Source: Leptospiria bacterium
Lineage (GTDB): Bacteria; Spirochaetota; Leptospiria; Turneriellales; CBDBES01
Direction: 5' to 3'
Assembly: GCA_965262015.1 (NCBI GenBank)
Contig: OZ253494.1
Location: forward strand, 1,786,720 to 1,850,719
Length of the DNA stretch: 64,000 nt
Shown: piece after piece, positions 55,001 to 64,000 of the stretch
Position numbering within the stretch: the stretch's first letter is position 1
How the letters are laid out: each line of letters starts with the position of its first letter
Made by a program: the position numbers and the translations under genes
The notes under the pieces: generated by a model
The model's database searches: none
The model's input: only the letters and a program-made list of their open reading frames with translations
What the model was told of the DNA's origin: nothing

Positions 55001-55471
55001 ATGAGTGAACTTTTAGACAGAAGTGTTTTTTTTGAAGATTTCAAGGAAGGTATGAAAATAAAGACACATGGTAGAACTTTACTCCAGTCGGATATCATGA
55101 GTTTTGCGGGTCTCACTGGGGATTTTAATCCAATACATGTAAATAGCGAATACGCTAAAGATACAGTATTTGGTCGAAATATAGCCCATGGAATGCTTAC
55201 ATTCTCTGTGGCTACTGGTTTGTCTATACTCACAGGATTTATGGATAGAAGCATTATAGCCTTTGACAGCGTAGAGAATTGGAAGTTTAAAAGGCCAGTA
55301 TTCCCTGGTGATACTGTGCATGTTGTAATAATATGCCAGAAAAAAGAAAAATATAATTTTCGAGGGAATGTGACGGGAGGCTTGGTCAAGTGTCATGCTG
55401 ATGTGATCAACCAAAAGAATAAGATATGTCAATCAGGTATCTTATGTTTCTTTGTACAAAATCGTAGCTAA
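55001..55471 (+). CDS. MaoC-like (R)-specific enoyl-CoA hydratase (hot-dog fold)
   Basis: 156 aa. Reads FAGLTGDFNPIHVNSEYAKDTVFGRNIAHGML (hydratase 2 motif). Confidence 0.8.
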   Translation: MSELLDRSVFFEDFKEGMKIKTHGRTLLQSDIMSFAGLTGDFNPIHVNSEYAKDTVFGRNIAHGMLTFSVATGLSILTGFMDRSIIAFDSVENWKFKRPVFPGDTVHVVIICQKKEKYNFRGNVTGGLVKCHADVINQKNKICQSGILCFFVQNRS

Positions 55472-55474
55472 AAT

Positions 55475-57079
55475 ATGTATTATATACCTAAAGATTCTGT
55501 CGAAGTTTTTCAATCGTTCAAGAAATTTGCACGGGATAAGATATTACCATCAGTACAAGAAAGAGATAAAACAGAGTACTGGGATAAGACAATATGGGAA
55601 GGTCTTTCAGAAATTGGTGCTTTGGGTGCTTTAATACCAGAAGAATATGGGGGGCAGGGTGCTACTTGTTTACAAGCAGTGTTAATGACGGAAGCACTTG
55701 CTGTAGGTAGTGCAGATGGAGGGCTTATTCTAGCTACCAACGTCCAGATGGTCATTGGGACAGTTCCCATCATTATCTTTGGAACCGAAGAACAAAAGAA
55801 AAAATATCTTCCTAAAATTGCCTCTGGAAAATATATAACCTCCTTTGGTTTAACAGAAGCTTCATCTGGCTCTGACGCAGCCAGTATGTTGACTACTGCA
55901 AAATTAGATGGAGATCATTATATTTTAAATGGATCCAAAATGTTTATTACAAACGGGCCTATTGCTGATCTAGTTATTGTAACGGCTAGGACAGATAAGA
56001 AGCAAAGTAGAAGTGCATTTGGTATTTCTACTTTCATACTGGAAACAAAATTAGAGGGGTTTTCTTCAGGAAAACCTTTGGAAAAAATGGGGATGAATAG
56101 CTCAAAAACATCTGAACTGATTTTTGATAATATGAAAGTACCCAAAGAGAATTTACTAGGGGAACTACATTATGGATTTTCTAGGGTAATTCATACAAAT
56201 TTAGAATGGGAGAGGGTGATTTTAATGGCCAATGGACTTGGCTCTACAACATATGTATTAGAAACATGCTTTAGGTATAGTCTAGAAAGAAAACAGTTTG
56301 GGCAATCTATTATTAATTTTTATGCTATATATAGTAAACTGGTTATGTTATGGTGTATGAGCACAGCAGCTCGCCGGTATTTATATGCAGTGGCTATTTT
56401 AAAAGATAAAGGTCATAAGATTCTATTTCAAGCTTCCATAGCCAAGCTTTTTATTACAGACTATGGTGAGGGGTGCTTCAGAGATGGTATACAAATATTA
56501 GGTGGATGGGGTTATATGAAAGAGTATGACGTGGAACGTATTTACAGAGATGCACGCTTGGGTACTATTGGTGGTGGTACAAATACAGTCATGCAAATGA
56601 TTATTGCATCAAGTATACGTAATTATGGTAGTTTTTGTGCGGGTCTAGAACTATTTGAAGAAAGTAAAAACGAGTGTTTGATGAAAGAGAAGTACCCCAC
56701 TAGTATATCAAGAGAATTAGAAGCTTTATTATGCTTAAGATCTCTAGTCGAATCTGCTTATAAGCAGATAAAAACCATAAGGAAAAGTCAAGAAACTATG
56801 ATAAGCTTTTCTAATGTAATATGTATGTATTCTATTTTACAACATTCCTATTGGGATTGTGCTGTGGACACAGAGAATTATACATCTGCTCATAAAAAAC
56901 GAGATTTCTTTTTACTTTTGAACTATATGATCAATCAAAATCTTCATTCTATACAAAGCCTATCTTTTGTGGATGAAAAAAATGCAAGTGATTTACTAGA
57001 TAACATGCTCAAAATGAAGAATATCGATGAGAACATGAAAACAACAATGGATTTTTTAAGAAATCAATATTTTGTATAG
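55475..57079 (+). CDS. acyl-CoA dehydrogenase with ~150-aa C-terminal extension (paralog B)
   Basis: 534 aa with the same motifs as 48370-49971. A central tract of about 440 nt is nearly identical to paralog A. Confidence 0.85.
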   Translation: MYYIPKDSVEVFQSFKKFARDKILPSVQERDKTEYWDKTIWEGLSEIGALGALIPEEYGGQGATCLQAVLMTEALAVGSADGGLILATNVQMVIGTVPIIIFGTEEQKKKYLPKIASGKYITSFGLTEASSGSDAASMLTTAKLDGDHYILNGSKMFITNGPIADLVIVTARTDKKQSRSAFGISTFILETKLEGFSSGKPLEKMGMNSSKTSELIFDNMKVPKENLLGELHYGFSRVIHTNLEWERVILMANGLGSTTYVLETCFRYSLERKQFGQSIINFYAIYSKLVMLWCMSTAARRYLYAVAILKDKGHKILFQASIAKLFITDYGEGCFRDGIQILGGWGYMKEYDVERIYRDARLGTIGGGTNTVMQMIIASSIRNYGSFCAGLELFEESKNECLMKEKYPTSISRELEALLCLRSLVESAYKQIKTIRKSQETMISFSNVICMYSILQHSYWDCAVDTENYTSAHKKRDFFLLLNYMINQNLHSIQSLSFVDEKNASDLLDNMLKMKNIDENMKTTMDFLRNQYFV

Positions 57080-57247
57080 CTATCCTTTTTAGTAATAAAT
57101 GTGGTAGTAGTAAGGTACACAGAAAAAAAATTGAAAATCATTTAGCTGTATTTTTTGTGAGAATATAAGCTAAGGGGTAGCTTGAGAATGTTGTCAAACA
57201 ACTAGAAAAATATTTTGACAGAAAAATAGATTATTACACCTTAAAAC

Positions 57248-57360
57248 AAAGAAATATATTTAGATCTTGTACTATAATCAATAGGATGTACGACCTTATC
57301 GCTATAAGGGAAAACTGTTAACTAAGTCTATTCTATCCATACATAGTGCTGACTCTCCAC
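57248..57360 (+). mobile_element. IS30 3'-end remnant
   Basis: aaatatatttagatcttgtactataatcaataggatgta..aagggaaaactgttaactaagtctattctatcc matches 13024-13105. Confidence 0.5.
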
Positions 57361-57442
57361 TTTACTTTACATTTAATATGTAAAATTATATTGACTTAGT
57401 AGGTATGTCAACACCAACAGTTTCTCAGAGAGGATATAAAAT

Positions 57443-58639
57443 ATGGATTATGCACAATATGTACAAAATGCTATGCCAGGTGTGGCTGTAAATGATGACT
57501 TAGTGCAAATTGTAGAGGTGGTAGATAAAATTGGTAAGGAACAAATTGTTCCTGTTCGGGCTGAACTAGATGAAAAAGAGGAATTTCCTTATAAAATATT
57601 AGAAAAACTTAAGAAAGCTGGTGTCTATCAAGTACTTTATAGCGACAAGTTTGGTGGTCTAAACTTGGGCGGGTTAGGGCTTTGTTTGATTATAGAGACA
57701 GTTAGTAAATATTGCCTAGGAGTTTGTACATCTTTTGGTGGAAATAAATTATGTTCGTTACCAATAGAAGTAGGTGGGACAAAGGAACAGCATCGAAAAT
57801 ATGTTGATCCTCTTGCCTGTGGTGAAATATTAGGTGCCGTAGCTTTGAGTGAGCCACATGCGGGCTCTGATGTACCCAGTATGTCTACGAGTGCAGTAAA
57901 AAAGGGTAGTGCATATATTTTAAATGGCACAAAACAGTGGATTACCAATGCAGGTGTTGCTGATCTATACGTTATTTTTGCTATGACAGATAAATCCAAG
58001 GGTGCCAGGGGTATGTCCGCTTTTATTGTTGAGAAAGATACACCTGGTTTGAGTTTTGGTAAAAAAGAAAATAAACTGGGTATACGCTGTTCACATACAC
58101 GTCAGGTTATTCTAGATAATTGCGAAATTCCTGAGGATAATTTAATTGGTTTGGTACCGGGGAGGGGGTTTATTCATGCCGTGAATACACTAACTACTTC
58201 TAGACCATTAGTAGCAACAATGGCCGTTGGTGTGTCACAAGGTGCTTATCATGAGGCTCTTAAGTATACTTATCAGAGAGAACAGTTTAATACTAAAATT
58301 ATTAATTTTCAGGCAGTTGGTCATATGCTAGCAGATATGGGAACGAGGATAGATGCGTCACGCCTATTAAGTTATCGTGCAAGTATTTATGTGACAGAAA
58401 AGAATCCTGAGGCCTCTAAGTACGCCTCGATGGCAAAGTATTATGCTGCTGAGACAGCTGTATCAGTGGTTAATGATTCTCTGCAATTACATGGTGGCTA
58501 TGGATATACCAAAGATTATCCCATAGAGAAAATGTATCGAGATGCTAAGATACTTACTATTTATGAAGGTACTTCTCAAATACAAAAAAATGAAATTGCT
58601 GCCTATGCTGTAAAGCATGCAAATAAACTTAGTCAATAG
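57443..58639 (+). CDS. acyl-CoA dehydrogenase, short/medium-chain type
   Basis: 398 aa. Motifs: ALSEPHAGSDV, QWITNAG, REQFNTKI, IYEGTSQIQ. Confidence 0.85.
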   Translation: MDYAQYVQNAMPGVAVNDDLVQIVEVVDKIGKEQIVPVRAELDEKEEFPYKILEKLKKAGVYQVLYSDKFGGLNLGGLGLCLIIETVSKYCLGVCTSFGGNKLCSLPIEVGGTKEQHRKYVDPLACGEILGAVALSEPHAGSDVPSMSTSAVKKGSAYILNGTKQWITNAGVADLYVIFAMTDKSKGARGMSAFIVEKDTPGLSFGKKENKLGIRCSHTRQVILDNCEIPEDNLIGLVPGRGFIHAVNTLTTSRPLVATMAVGVSQGAYHEALKYTYQREQFNTKIINFQAVGHMLADMGTRIDASRLLSYRASIYVTEKNPEASKYASMAKYYAAETAVSVVNDSLQLHGGYGYTKDYPIEKMYRDAKILTIYEGTSQIQKNEIAAYAVKHANKLSQ

Positions 58640-58677
58640 TAATCATCTATAGATTAGGTTTTGTGTAGTTTCCCCTT

Positions 58678-60750
58678 TTGATAGTTTGCTTATTTTTTGA
58701 TTTACCTTTTGTAAAGCCAGTACTTTTTCAGGTACCAGATAAATTAAAGCCTAAAATAATTCTTCATGGTCGTGTAGTAGCAAATGTTCAAGGTGCATCT
58801 CACACTAGCTTTGTATATGATATATTATTAGCTGGAGATCCTAAATACCCAACCACTTTGAGCCGTATAGAAGCTATCCACCATATAGTGGATAAAGAAG
58901 CCATTCTAAACAAGGAACAACTTGCCATTGCTGTATTTCTTGCAGACTATTATATATGTACACTAGGAGAGGCCATCTTTCGTATTTTACCTGCAGGTAA
59001 AAATATGCCATCTAGTAATGTATTAGTTAAACAAAATATACCTATTAAGGCTAGTGTACAATCTCTATTAGAGCAACAAAAACAAGTATTATCTGATATA
59101 TCAACTAATATGAGCAAGCGTAAAAAGAATGCACCCTATATTCATCTCATTTTTGGTATTACAGGTTCAGGGAAAACACGCCTCTATTTAGAATTAATTA
59201 ATCAAAAATTATGTAATCAAGAAGGTGTAATTCTAATGCTACCTGAGATCGCTTTGTCATACCAATTTTTGGATATCTTATCCCCCTATTATGGTGATCA
59301 AATGGTATTATTGCACTCAAATTTAACAGTTACTGAGAGACTAACAGCTTATATGAAGTTAAAAAAAGGTGAAGTATTTTTAGCAGTGGGCACTCGTTCT
59401 ACTATTTTTGCCCCTATTTGTAATTTATCTCTTGTTATTATAGACGAGGAGCATGATCAGTCTTATAAAGAAAGTCAAAAGCCTTATTATCATACTAAAA
59501 CAATCGCATGGTTTCGTTTAAATGCAATTTCAAAAGAAACTGGAATTGATACAATGCTTATTCTAGGTTCAGCAACCCCATCATTGGAAAGTTATTATCT
59601 AGCGAAGCAGTCTGTTATTGGTCTATCATATTTACGTAAAAGAGCTACCCAACAGCCTTTGCCTCATATACATACCATTTCACATAATGTTTTTCATAGT
59701 AGTGCATCTATTTTTTCACTATTTCTCATTAAGAAAATAGAACATCACTTGCAAGCCAATAAACAAATTATCTTGCTTCTAAATCGTAGAGGTTATAGCC
59801 ATTTTGTTTTTTGTAAGACTTGTAAAAGTAGTATCTCTTGTTCTCGATGTTCTATCACAATGACATATCATCAAAGTAAGAGTGGTAAGGGTGGGGCCAA
59901 AAGTTTTTTACAATGTCATCTCTGTGGTTTACAGAAAAACTATGTTACTACATGTGCTAGTTGCCGTTCTCCTCTGACGTTGATGGGGAAGGGTATCCAG
60001 AAAGTTGAAGATGCACTAGATTTTCACTTTCCTGAGATACCTTATGCTAGAATTGATCAAAATACTGCCAGAACAAAAAACTATGTTCCAGAAATTTTAG
60101 AGGCATTTCGTAACAAAGAAATTCGTATTTTAATTGGTACACAAATGCTCGCAAAAGGCTTTGATCTGCCTGGTGTCACGTTAGTAGGTATTGTCAATGC
60201 AGATATCGGTCTAAACCTACCTGATTTTCGATGTATGGAACGTATTGCACAATTACTCACCCAAACAGCGGGTAGAGCAGGCAGGCACGAAGCAGGGGAA
60301 GTCGTTATGCAGACTATGCAGTCAGATAACCCAGCAATCCAATTATCAACAAATTACCAATATGAAGAGTTTATGCAATATGAGTTAAAAATTAGAAAAC
60401 TAATGTTTTATCCTCCGTATTGTAAAATGATTCGCATTCTTATTAGTTCCCAAAAAGAATCTACGTTATTAGAAATGTATTCTAAACTTAATCATTTATT
60501 ACATCATGAAGTATTTCATGGAGGCTTATTTAGTAATCATACTGCTATCTATCCCCATGAGATTTTAGGTCCCGTAGAGGCACCCATCTACAAAATTAAA
60601 AATATGTATAGATATCATGTTTTATTTAAAGATCTAGATCACAAAAAACTTCGTTTATTTGCTAAAGAGGTGGCAGCATTTTTGGATAAGCTAAAACATA
60701 AACATGATTTTTTATATTCTATTGATGTAGACCCTGTAGATCTTTTATAA
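58678..60750 (+). CDS. priA: primosomal protein N' (replication restart helicase PriA)
   Basis: 690 aa with a TTG start. Walker A is GITGSGKT and the DEAH-type box is IIDEEHD. The Cys-rich Zn region reads CKTCKSSISCSRCS...CHLCG...CASC. Motif VI-like segment is QTAGRAGR. Confidence 0.9.
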   Translation: MIVCLFFDLPFVKPVLFQVPDKLKPKIILHGRVVANVQGASHTSFVYDILLAGDPKYPTTLSRIEAIHHIVDKEAILNKEQLAIAVFLADYYICTLGEAIFRILPAGKNMPSSNVLVKQNIPIKASVQSLLEQQKQVLSDISTNMSKRKKNAPYIHLIFGITGSGKTRLYLELINQKLCNQEGVILMLPEIALSYQFLDILSPYYGDQMVLLHSNLTVTERLTAYMKLKKGEVFLAVGTRSTIFAPICNLSLVIIDEEHDQSYKESQKPYYHTKTIAWFRLNAISKETGIDTMLILGSATPSLESYYLAKQSVIGLSYLRKRATQQPLPHIHTISHNVFHSSASIFSLFLIKKIEHHLQANKQIILLLNRRGYSHFVFCKTCKSSISCSRCSITMTYHQSKSGKGGAKSFLQCHLCGLQKNYVTTCASCRSPLTLMGKGIQKVEDALDFHFPEIPYARIDQNTARTKNYVPEILEAFRNKEIRILIGTQMLAKGFDLPGVTLVGIVNADIGLNLPDFRCMERIAQLLTQTAGRAGRHEAGEVVMQTMQSDNPAIQLSTNYQYEEFMQYELKIRKLMFYPPYCKMIRILISSQKESTLLEMYSKLNHLLHHEVFHGGLFSNHTAIYPHEILGPVEAPIYKIKNMYRYHVLFKDLDHKKLRLFAKEVAAFLDKLKHKHDFLYSIDVDPVDLL

Positions 60751-60999
60751 GTTAATTTTTCTTTGAAGAGTATTCTGTTTTATTTCTATAATAGTTTTTT
60801 CAGGTTTGAATGTATACAAGGTTCCTTGTGCTAAAAGACTTATAAGAAATAAATAGAAAAACAGCAGTATGTCATCTAAAGCAGTGTGTAATACAAGTAG
60901 TAAAGGTAATGTTCTAAGGTAAACAACACTCCATTCGTACATAAAATAGAAACTACTATAATAAGCAAAAAAAATCAGGAAAAAAATACAGACAGTCAA
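60745..60999 (-). CDS. hypothetical small membrane protein
   Basis: 84-aa ORF with two hydrophobic segments. No other support. Confidence 0.3.
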   Translation of the reverse strand: MTVCIFFLIFFAYYSSFYFMYEWSVVYLRTLPLLLVLHTALDDILLFFYLFLISLLAQGTLYTFKPEKTIIEIKQNTLQRKINL

Positions 61000-61050
61000 A
61001 CAGTAAATAATTGCTTGCCTATGTTGGTTATTTATTCTGAATAAAATAGC

Positions 61051-62373
61051 TTACCTAATCTTTAACTGTATTTTTGATGGTATTTGGGATAATTTTTCAT
61101 AACCACGCACATAAAGTAAGTCGCCTTTATGGTGTTGACACTCTTCTGAAGTGGACATATGATATTTAACATAATTTTCACTAACTAATTTAATTCTATT
61201 TTTGTCTACTGATTCTATAATAGCTCTGAATACTAAAGAAGTAGTGTTTTTTTGGTAAGTCTTTTGCATTAAAGTACGTAATAATTGTAATTTTGCTACC
61301 CTCTCTTTAATTATTTTACGAGAGATGCGATATATATTTGGATACTTATCATTATCTATTTTGGCAAGAACTGAAGTATGCTTTCTTTCCGAATAGGGAA
61401 AAATGTGTATGTTAGCAAAAGATAGCTCCTTGCACATATCAAAAGTTTCTTGAAAATATTCATTGGATTCGCCAGGAAATCCAAGGATAATATCTGTTCC
61501 TATATGTATAGTGGGCACTAACTTACGTACTTGGGTAATATTCTTAATAAATTGCTGGGGCGTATAGCCACGATTCATCCATTTCAATATCATTTTTGAT
61601 CCACTTTGCAGTGGTACATGTAAAAATTTTGCCATTTTTTCATGCATTAAAATTTGGGCTAGCTCTAAATTTACATCACCTGGTTCAATAGAACTAATCC
61701 TAATATAAAAATCACCTGGTATTTTTAAAAGTGCTTTTAATAATTCATAAAAGGATATGCCTTCATATTTGTAACAACCAATATTGACCCCCGTCAATAC
61801 TAGTTCGTGAAAGCCTATATTAACTAAATGGTGAGCTTCCTGTAAAATATCATTAATGTCCCGGGACATTTGTTTGCCTCGTGCCTGGGGTATCTTACAA
61901 TAACTGCATTTTTTATTGCATCCATCTTGTATTTTAATATAAGCACGAGCTCGATCTGTTTTTTGGTGATAAGTATATCGAAATTGTGTCTGTGATAATT
62001 GATGGAATTGATGTTGATATTCTGGATTAATCAGTTTCGGTATACTAGATTTTGTAACGTTAGGGATGATGGCGTATACACCTGGTAGAGCTTGAATTTC
62101 TTCTGGATCTGTACTAGCATAGCATCCTGTAACAATAATTTTTGTCATAGGATTAGAACGATGTACTTTACGAATTGCCTGCCTTGTTTTTTGGTCTGCT
62201 CGATTGGTAACTGTACAGGTATTCATAATAATATAATCAGCTTCTTTAGCATCTGAAACAATATTAATATTATCATGCATCATGGCTGATTCCATTGCAG
62301 TGGATTCATATTGATTTAGTCTACAACCAAAATGTATAAAATATACATTGACTTTATTTTCAGTTTGCATCAA
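61051..62373 (-). CDS. mtaB: tRNA methylthiotransferase, MtaB-like (radical SAM, MiaB family)
   Basis: 440 aa. N-terminal UPF0004 cysteines occur in FGCRLNQYES...NTCTVT...TGC. The radical SAM motif is CNKKCSYCKIP. A C-terminal TRAM-like region is present. Confidence 0.7.
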   Translation of the reverse strand: MMQTENKVNVYFIHFGCRLNQYESTAMESAMMHDNINIVSDAKEADYIIMNTCTVTNRADQKTRQAIRKVHRSNPMTKIIVTGCYASTDPEEIQALPGVYAIIPNVTKSSIPKLINPEYQHQFHQLSQTQFRYTYHQKTDRARAYIKIQDGCNKKCSYCKIPQARGKQMSRDINDILQEAHHLVNIGFHELVLTGVNIGCYKYEGISFYELLKALLKIPGDFYIRISSIEPGDVNLELAQILMHEKMAKFLHVPLQSGSKMILKWMNRGYTPQQFIKNITQVRKLVPTIHIGTDIILGFPGESNEYFQETFDMCKELSFANIHIFPYSERKHTSVLAKIDNDKYPNIYRISRKIIKERVAKLQLLRTLMQKTYQKNTTSLVFRAIIESVDKNRIKLVSENYVKYHMSTSEECQHHKGDLLYVRGYEKLSQIPSKIQLKIR

Positions 62374-63187
62374 GTTTCCTCAGATTCTCTTCAACTGTGT
62401 TGTATAAGGCATGTGATTGATCTGCCATACTTTCTATAGCTGTTCGATAATGTGTATGTGCCTGTTCAAGGAGATGTTTCTTTTCTATCAGATTATTAGT
62501 TAATTGGGCTTGGCAATGATGAGTATAACCTAACATATTAGATATATATGGTGTTTTTTGTATGGCCGAAGCCCATTCCAGCGAAATAGTAGCTTTGTTA
62601 TATTGTTTTTGTGATAGATAAACACGTGCTTCTATTACAAGTGCTTCTAATTTAGCTAATCTGTTAACTACCTTGCTTGTCTTTACAAATTGTATATGTC
62701 GTAAAGCCTCAGAATACTTCGCTTCATGTAGATATGCCCGGGCTATAATATTCAATAATTTTAGTTTATGCTTGTCTTGCGTAAGGTTTTTATATCCCTC
62801 TCGTGCAACTTGAATGGCTTGTGCGTATTGTTTGTCATGTAAATACAATAAACTTAATTCAATGTATATAGAAGGATGATTAGGTTCAGATAGCGAAAAA
62901 CTTTTGAAGTGAGAAATAGCAGATTTATAATTTTTCAGATGCCAGTAATTATGTGCTGCTATGTATCGTAGATTGGAGTTTTGCAGATCAGAAATAATCA
63001 CATGGCGAATATGATCTAGGGATTCTTCATAATTCTTTTGGTTGTAAGTTTGCACCGCTTTTTTAGTATATTCTGCAATGTATTCTGGTGAAGCATCTTC
63101 CTTTTCTACAACAGGTAAAATCGCTTGGACAGTTAGAAAAAACATGATACAGAGATTATGGGAAAGACAAGTAGACACATCCTTCAT
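62360..63187 (-). CDS. TPR-repeat protein
   Basis: 275 aa with a signal-like N-terminus and several 34-aa A/Y-rich helical repeats (..YEESL..NYKSAISHF..YAQAIQVA..YSEALRHI..). It overlaps mtaB by 14 nt. Confidence 0.6.
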   Translation of the reverse strand: MKDVSTCLSHNLCIMFFLTVQAILPVVEKEDASPEYIAEYTKKAVQTYNQKNYEESLDHIRHVIISDLQNSNLRYIAAHNYWHLKNYKSAISHFKSFSLSEPNHPSIYIELSLLYLHDKQYAQAIQVAREGYKNLTQDKHKLKLLNIIARAYLHEAKYSEALRHIQFVKTSKVVNRLAKLEALVIEARVYLSQKQYNKATISLEWASAIQKTPYISNMLGYTHHCQAQLTNNLIEKKHLLEQAHTHYRTAIESMADQSHALYNTVEENLRKLDAN

Positions 63188-63295
63188 ATAGAAGCTAATT
63201 TATCTACGTCAAGTTTTTTTCAATCCATTTTAATTAAATACAAAATGAGTTGACAACAATAGAACAAGGACTAGCCTGATAGGCGGTATATAGTC

Positions 63296-64000
63296 ATGAG
63301 TTTATTTGCTGGATATGATGATCGTGAGGAGACAGAGGTTTGGAAAGAGTATAAACTTACCAAGTCTCTCGCTATTAGAGAGTACTTTGTTGGCAAATAC
63401 GCTGCTCTAGTGAAGTATGTTGCAGGCAAGATATCCATTGGTATGCCCCAAAATGTAGAATTTAATGATCTGGTAAGTTATGGTACATTTGGTTTACTGG
63501 ATGCGATTGAGAAATATGATCCCACCAAAGAAGTTAAATTTAAGACATATGCTATGACTAGGATACGTGGTTCTATATTTGATGAGCTACGAAAAATGGA
63601 TTGGGTCCCTCGTACTGTACGCAGTAAAGCTAAAGATATTGAGCGTATTGTCATTGAGCTAGAGAATAGAATGGGACGTACAGCTGAAGATCATGAAGTA
63701 GCACAAGAGCTGGATATGAGTTTAGCTGATTTTCATACACTTGTGAATCAGGCATCTGTCACCAGTCTAATATCTTTAAACGATGTATGGCATAGAAATA
63801 GTGATTCAGAGGAATTTTCTTTTATTGATGCAATTGAATCACCTGTTAATATGAATCCAGATGTTCTGGTCGAACGAGAAGAAGTTAAGAATGTTATTAT
63901 TGAGGCAATCAAGAAGTTGCCAGACAAAGAAAAAAAAGTGATTGTTCTATACTATTATGAAGATCTAACTCTCAAAGAAATAGGTGAAATTCTTGAGGTG
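63296..64000 (+). CDS. fliA: flagellar sigma factor FliA/WhiG (sigma-28), C-terminus beyond the right edge
   Basis: Not in the ORF track because there is no stop in the window. ATG 63296 opens [20 protein letters not shown]...[19 protein letters not shown]...[25 protein letters not shown]...[25 protein letters not shown] (regions 2, 3 and start of 4). Confidence 0.85.
   Translation, partial: MSLFAGYDDREETEVWKEYKLTKSLAIREYFVGKYAALVKYVAGKISIGMPQNVEFNDLVSYGTFGLLDAIEKYDPTKEVKFKTYAMTRIRGSIFDELRKMDWVPRTVRSKAKDIERIVIELENRMGRTAEDHEVAQELDMSLADFHTLVNQASVTSLISLNDVWHRNSDSEEFSFIDAIESPVNMNPDVLVEREEVKNVIIEAIKKLPDKEKKVIVLYYYEDLTLKEIGEILEV

Overview
This is an AT-rich 64 kb chromosomal segment (about one third G+C by eye). 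The gene content looks spirochaetal and Leptospira-like: two tandem FlaB-type core flagellins, a partial fliA (sigma-28), a cNMP-gated K+ channel, and a heavy investment in acyl-CoA metabolism. No database search was possible. All calls rest on motifs read from the ORF translations and on by-eye nucleotide comparison. RNA and repeat ends are good to a few nt, and identities are approximate.

Housekeeping content:
- Protein genes: argD, etfB/etfA, hom, yhhQ-like, queF, rpmB, msrB, yicC, prfA, dcd, rlmN, priA, mtaB, a SEDS (FtsW/RodA) protein and an aldo-keto reductase.
- RNA genes: five tRNAs (Glu-TTC, Lys-TTT, Pro-TGG, Arg-TCT, Arg-CCT) and a tmRNA.
- No rRNA genes and no CRISPR array.

Accessory content worth a second look:
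1. A five-member family of NHL-repeat six-bladed beta-propeller, lipoprotein-like genes, plus one terminal fragment. One member is a 1630-aa triple-propeller giant. Three members carry a heptanucleotide tract (AACAAGC)n of 10, 9 and 15 units between a conserved promoter/start region and the signal-like segment. Two of those three are currently out of frame, so this is a candidate slipped-strand phase-variation system.
2. The NHL genes sit in duplicated cassettes bounded by IS30-derived MITE-like repeats and RND-pump pseudogene fragments. The 3' end of the RND gene is also amplified into a roughly 240-bp tandem array.
3. An OmpA-family protein carries seven perfect Met/His-rich 11-aa repeats. 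An exported MsrB is encoded immediately downstream.
4. An igr/Ltp2-like acyl-CoA cluster encodes a DUF35 protein, an acyl-CoA synthetase::DUF35 fusion, two thiolase-fold proteins that appear to lack the nucleophilic Cys, a MaoC hydratase and acyl-CoA dehydrogenases. It is bracketed by inverted ACAD paralogs that share a gene-conversion-like tract.
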